Shown here: positions 16,470-20,000 of the stretch, piece after piece | Layout: each line of letters opens with the position of its first letter | Position numbering within the stretch: the stretch's first letter is position 1 | Virus record (IMG/VR): IMGVR_UViG_3300049433_000291 | Length of the DNA stretch: 20,000 bases | Direction: 5' to 3' (one strand) | Origin: an uncultured virus (IMG/VR IMGVR_UViG_3300049433_000291) | Lineage: Duplodnaviria; Heunggongvirae; Uroviricota; Caudoviricetes | Translations under genes and position numbers: made by a program | Notes under the pieces: model-generated | What the model was told of the DNA's origin: nothing | Seen by the model: only the letters and a program-made list of their open reading frames with translations | Database searches by the model: none

Positions 16470-17234
16470 TTAAGAGCGCGACGTGCGGCGGCTGGGTTGC
16501 GGGTTTGTTTGTGGATGTTCGCGAGCCGGTGCGAGTACGAGGGTTGGCCTGGGACAGGGCAAAGGTAGGGCGGTGGCGGAGCGCTCTTGCGGGGCTTTAC
16601 TGCCGAGGCGAATGAATGCGGCCTGTTGCGAGCCGCAAGCGTAGATAGCGGCTTCCATGGCCGAGCCGGCGACGCGGCTGAGGTAATCATGGAGCTGCTC
16701 GCTTGGTTCGATGGTCAGGATTTCATCGGGGAGAATGATCGTGTTTTGCCGGATCGTCCGGTTGTTGCCGTTGATGATAGCGAAGGGCGCGATGGTTGCG
16801 GTTGAGGTGTCCTCGTCCGGAGTGGCGTGACTGAGGGCGAGCATGGGTGTCATGGATGTTGCCTCTGAAGTGGTTTGTTGATCGGCAGCTTGCGGATTGT
16901 CGACGATAGGGTCAAGGGCAAAAAGGTTGAGTTGGGGTGGGGCTGTGTACGGGCGAGCCCTTCGTTGCGCCTGCAGGGCGAGCATTGCCAAGTAGTCGAG
17001 ATCGAGTGTCTGGTCGGGCTTGATTATGAGACGCCATTGGCGAAAGTTGCGGAGCTGGTGCGTGAGTTCGAGCAGCCAGGCGGGGTATTTACTTTGAGTA
17101 CCAGGCTCGGTGTGTGCGGCTTCGCTGGAATCGGTGTCCGCGAGCGAAGACACCAGAGCGGTGTGGTTGTCGGCATCGGTAATATGCGCAGTAACCGCAG
17201 TGGCCATGTTTGTAGTTTGGTTGCTGCTTGTCAT
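16470..17234 (-). CDS. Hypothetical protein with a degenerate Fis/NtrC-type HTH-like segment
   Basis: The frame is open to TTG 17336; ATG 17234 is a plausible start. The segment LHDYLSRVAGSAMEAAIYACGSQQAAFIRLG resembles the Fis-type HTH entry. Much of the rest is low-complexity T/A/P sequence. Confidence 0.55.
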   Translation of the reverse strand: MTSSNQTTNMATAVTAHITDADNHTALVSSLADTDSSEAAHTEPGTQSKYPAWLLELTHQLRNFRQWRLIIKPDQTLDLDYLAMLALQAQRRARPYTAPPQLNLFALDPIVDNPQAADQQTTSEATSMTPMLALSHATPDEDTSTATIAPFAIINGNNRTIRQNTIILPDEILTIEPSEQLHDYLSRVAGSAMEAAIYACGSQQAAFIRLGSKAPQERSATALPLPCPRPTLVLAPAREHPQTNPQPSRRTSRS

Positions 17235-17351
17235 ATCAGGAATGGATTGTTCCGGTTTCGGTCCGCGTTGTTTTGGCCCAGAGTTAATTGATTTGGTAGG
17301 CCATTTCAGCCGTTTCCTCCAGCAAAATGTTGGCAACTATTGTGCCGTGGC

Positions 17352-17771
17352 TGAGTGACTGTTGACGCCCTTAAATGTCCTTCTCCTTCTCAGTCACTCA
17401 TCACCGTTCCCACGGGCACGCGCTTTTTCCATAGTTCTGAAGTTGGTTAAGGAGGACTACGTTTGGTGAACAACTTTGGCTTTCCTATTTTTGGAAACAG
17501 GCCGGGCAGGTTGTGGCGCGCCGTGTAAGAGGCGCCTCGCGCCGCTCTGCCCGGAAGTCCCTCCTGTGCGGAAGGCATGGAATGCCCGAGCACTGGCAAT
17601 CGAGGGGATTAGAGTGCAGTCTTGATATTTTGGCGGGCGGTTGTTTCAGCGCCCTGTAGAGCACGGCCATTCGGGCTGAGTGTGGTGGGGTTGGGTAATG
17701 AAATATGAGAGCGTCGCTCTAAAGAGACTTTTTGAGATAATGACGTAGTGAACGACAATCGACTATCTCAA
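17352..17771. promoter_or_regulatory. Divergent intergenic region with multiple inverted repeats
   Basis: Perfect IRs tgagtgactg 17352-61 / cagtcactca 17391-400, ccgggcag 17502-09 / ctgcccgg 17547-54 and ttgagata 17732-39 / tatctcaa 17764-71, plus nested stems at 17584-17676. Confidence 0.55.
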
Positions 17772-17973
17772 CTCAGCCGGCGGTTCATTCTAGATCGCTT
17801 GGAACTACCAAAAGGACTGACCTTGCGAGTGCACGCATTGATGACTTGAAAGCAGCTTGGTGGGCCGCTCGGATTCTCTTGGAGACCCCAGTCGGCCAGG
17901 GTAATCAACGAAATTCAACTTCGTCATTGGGTGCGCAACGAGCGTGAGGCACAAGGCATTTTTCCGGACAACA

Positions 17974-18441
17974 ATGAGTGATTTGACCAATTCCATCGAA
18001 GGACTGCCGCTGGAGCAAGCGCTAGAAGCGGCGCAGAATCTGACCTTGGAAATCATTCAGAACGCGTCGCCAAGTGAGCGAGAAGAAGAACTGCCGAAAC
18101 CGTTCATCGACAAGCCAAATGAAAACACTCAGGAAATTGAACAGTTGGCTCGACTGGTTCTGCTAACTGCTGCTGCAGATTCTGAAAACGCTGAAGCGGT
18201 GAGATCTGCAATTAAGGCGGCTGGCAGAAAGGAGTTGATTCTCGAAGGCACGGAGATAGTGGTGTTAGCTACCTTGGGCCTCTTCGCACTGAACCTTTTG
18301 GTGAAAGGAAAGTCGTTCGAACGCCGCACAATCAAGATTGAGGGAGATGGCGGTAAGACTACGTTTGTAATTGAAGATCGGGTTTCATATGGAATCAGTC
18401 CATCTTTGGGCAAACTTCTCAAGTCATACTTTGGGAGATAG
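17974..18441 (+). CDS. Hypothetical protein (~155 aa) with one hydrophobic segment
   Basis: The start is probably ATG 17974 (MSDLTNSIEG). The hydrophobic stretch EIVVLATLGLFALNLLV is followed by a beta-hairpin-like TIKIEGDGGKTTFVIE. Confidence 0.7.
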   Translation: MSDLTNSIEGLPLEQALEAAQNLTLEIIQNASPSEREEELPKPFIDKPNENTQEIEQLARLVLLTAAADSENAEAVRSAIKAAGRKELILEGTEIVVLATLGLFALNLLVKGKSFERRTIKIEGDGGKTTFVIEDRVSYGISPSLGKLLKSYFGR

Positions 18442-18842
18442 TAAAACCGACTGGGCTGTCATAAATGGCACAGTGTCCGACTGGCGACAATTGCCGAAGA
18501 TGTTATTTATCAACCTCGTGGCGGCCTGTGTCGTATCTTTTGCGGATTTATATGGGCATTGGTGGCTGGTCTTGCTGGGTTGTTGATGCGGTGCCAATTG
18601 CGGTCTTGTATTCAGGTTGTTCGGTTCAGGACCCACGAAACCTAATGGGAACATGGAGCGAAGGGGTTATTATCAACCCGGTAACGACCGGTAGATCGGT
18701 TTTGTAGTTGAGCTCGCAATGAAGTACGCATTCTGCTCCGACGAGGTATTAGCGTCGACGGAGCGCGAGTAGCATTGCCAGAAGCTTACACGCTTGACTT
18801 GGCCTAGCCAAGGTTTTTGGACCGCTCTCCTTAATTTCTAAA

Positions 18843-20000
18843 TTGACTTGCCCCATTGGGAAGGACTACACCTCGACTTTGAACAACCTCCCTGCCAACG
18901 GCCTCTGCGAGAACCTTGGGAACCGTGTGCTTGGTCACGCTGCGGTTGGTCACGACTTGGCCTATCAGATGAACTCGGGTGAGTGGAGATCGGTGCCGCC
19001 ATGGGCAGACTTCTTTCTCAGAGTGGGTCAGGTATTGGCAATGCAACCTCTGAATCAGAATCGAATAGTCATAGGTGTAGCAGTACCTATCCGCTCATTT
19101 GCTGCCTCCCTTTGTGCAGCAGGGGCAGTGGTCGCACATCTGAAGGGTAGTCTTGAATCAGATTTGACACCGTATTTCGAATACCTGTGCGGCCTGCCGA
19201 TTGGAACAGGAGTGACGGTGCTCAGAAGTGATAAGCATGAGGGGATACGTCAATATCCCGGAGTACTTGCAGGTTTGGACGAGGCAAGTATTGATTCCAA
19301 GGACAAGTCATCTCCTAAAGTGAAACTCATAAGAATTCAGATATCCCGTTCAACGATGCGCGAAAGCAAGGCTGGCGGCAGGGTATTTATGGTAGATGCC
19401 AGGCGCGCCGATACAATCAGAGTTCTTGATCCGGATGAAGCTATCACGGCGCAGGATCTGCCAGCGACGCCTTTGGGAGTTTCGATCAGAGCGGTGAGCG
19501 ATTTCAGTCGGAGAATCATGCCTGGCGGCATAGCGCAATATATTGCAAAGTCGAAAGTCGGATGTCTGATCGTGGGCAGTCCAGGAATCTTGGGCAGGGA
19601 GATTAACGAAACCACGTTTGGCGTCGGCGACAGCTCAGGAGGCATTTCCGCAGGAATTCTTGGGGAGGTGTTGAAGGTGCGTCGATTCAGTAGAACGCGC
19701 CGGCAGTTTCACTCGGACATATATACTGCGGCGTCAAAGTGGCCTCCAAAAAAGTCAGTGATTGGTAATCCGGATCTAGTCATCTTTGATGGGGCCGCAG
19801 GCTTCATGAAATGGCGGGATTCTTTTCGGGAGTCGCATCTGCTGATAGTGCTCGATCAGACTGAGGCGCTGTTCATGGAAGCCGTGCAGCGTTTGAACTA
19901 CGAGTACAGCTGCCGTCTTGAGGATGACGCTCTCCCGGAGTTCTTTCCGGCGCCGCCGCCGGGTACCGAGCTGACCTTCTTCAGGGAGCCCGTGTCATGA
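18843..20000 (+). CDS. Hypothetical alpha/beta protein, possibly a degenerate helicase-like fold
   Basis: Long ORF whose true start may be ~18927-18969. Strand motifs IVIGVAVP, CLIVGS, LVIFDG, LLIVLDQTE. It ends in ATGA (19997-20000), which suggests coupling to a next gene outside the window. Confidence 0.7.
   Translation: MTCPIGKDYTSTLNNLPANGLCENLGNRVLGHAAVGHDLAYQMNSGEWRSVPPWADFFLRVGQVLAMQPLNQNRIVIGVAVPIRSFAASLCAAGAVVAHLKGSLESDLTPYFEYLCGLPIGTGVTVLRSDKHEGIRQYPGVLAGLDEASIDSKDKSSPKVKLIRIQISRSTMRESKAGGRVFMVDARRADTIRVLDPDEAITAQDLPATPLGVSIRAVSDFSRRIMPGGIAQYIAKSKVGCLIVGSPGILGREINETTFGVGDSSGGISAGILGEVLKVRRFSRTRRQFHSDIYTAASKWPPKKSVIGNPDLVIFDGAAGFMKWRDSFRESHLLIVLDQTEALFMEAVQRLNYEYSCRLEDDALPEFFPAPPPGTELTFFREPVS

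Larger units (their letters stand above)
8340..17400 (-). mobile_element. Putative integrative element/prophage/plasmid-derived gene block
   Basis: About 12 co-oriented genes opposite in strand to both flanks, a tyrosine recombinase, Ku plus ligase, phage-type hypotheticals and a C/A-rich coding strand. No att repeats were identified. Confidence 0.55.

Noticed and set aside
18465..18707. 80-aa + strand ORF
   Set aside because: It has no RBS, an atypical Cys/Trp-rich composition, and competing ORFs in other frames.
8237..18812. tagccaag near both ends of the minus-strand block as attL/attR
   Set aside because: Only 8 bp match, which is compatible with chance, and the right copy is far from the apparent boundary.

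Overview
The window has three blocks. (1) 1-8231, + strand: a probable defence/conflict locus. It holds two diverged tandem copies of a module made of a large P-loop (STAND/ORC-Cdc6-like) ATPase and a translationally coupled ~330-aa alpha/beta partner with CARF-like motifs. These are followed by one ORF that fuses an endonuclease-III-type HhH-GPD/[4Fe-4S] DNA glycosylase to a complete C5-cytosine DNA methyltransferase. (2) ~8340-17340, - strand: a co-oriented run of mobile-element-type genes, including a XerD-like tyrosine recombinase, a minimal ATP-dependent DNA ligase directly upstream of Ku, and many small hypothetical or Zn-ribbon proteins. A ~440-bp non-coding region dense in inverted repeats lies at its 5' end. 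(3) ~17970-20000, + strand: hypothetical genes, the last of which probably continues into an operon beyond the window. No rRNA, intact tRNA or CRISPR array was seen. All family assignments come from motif reading by eye, not from database searches.
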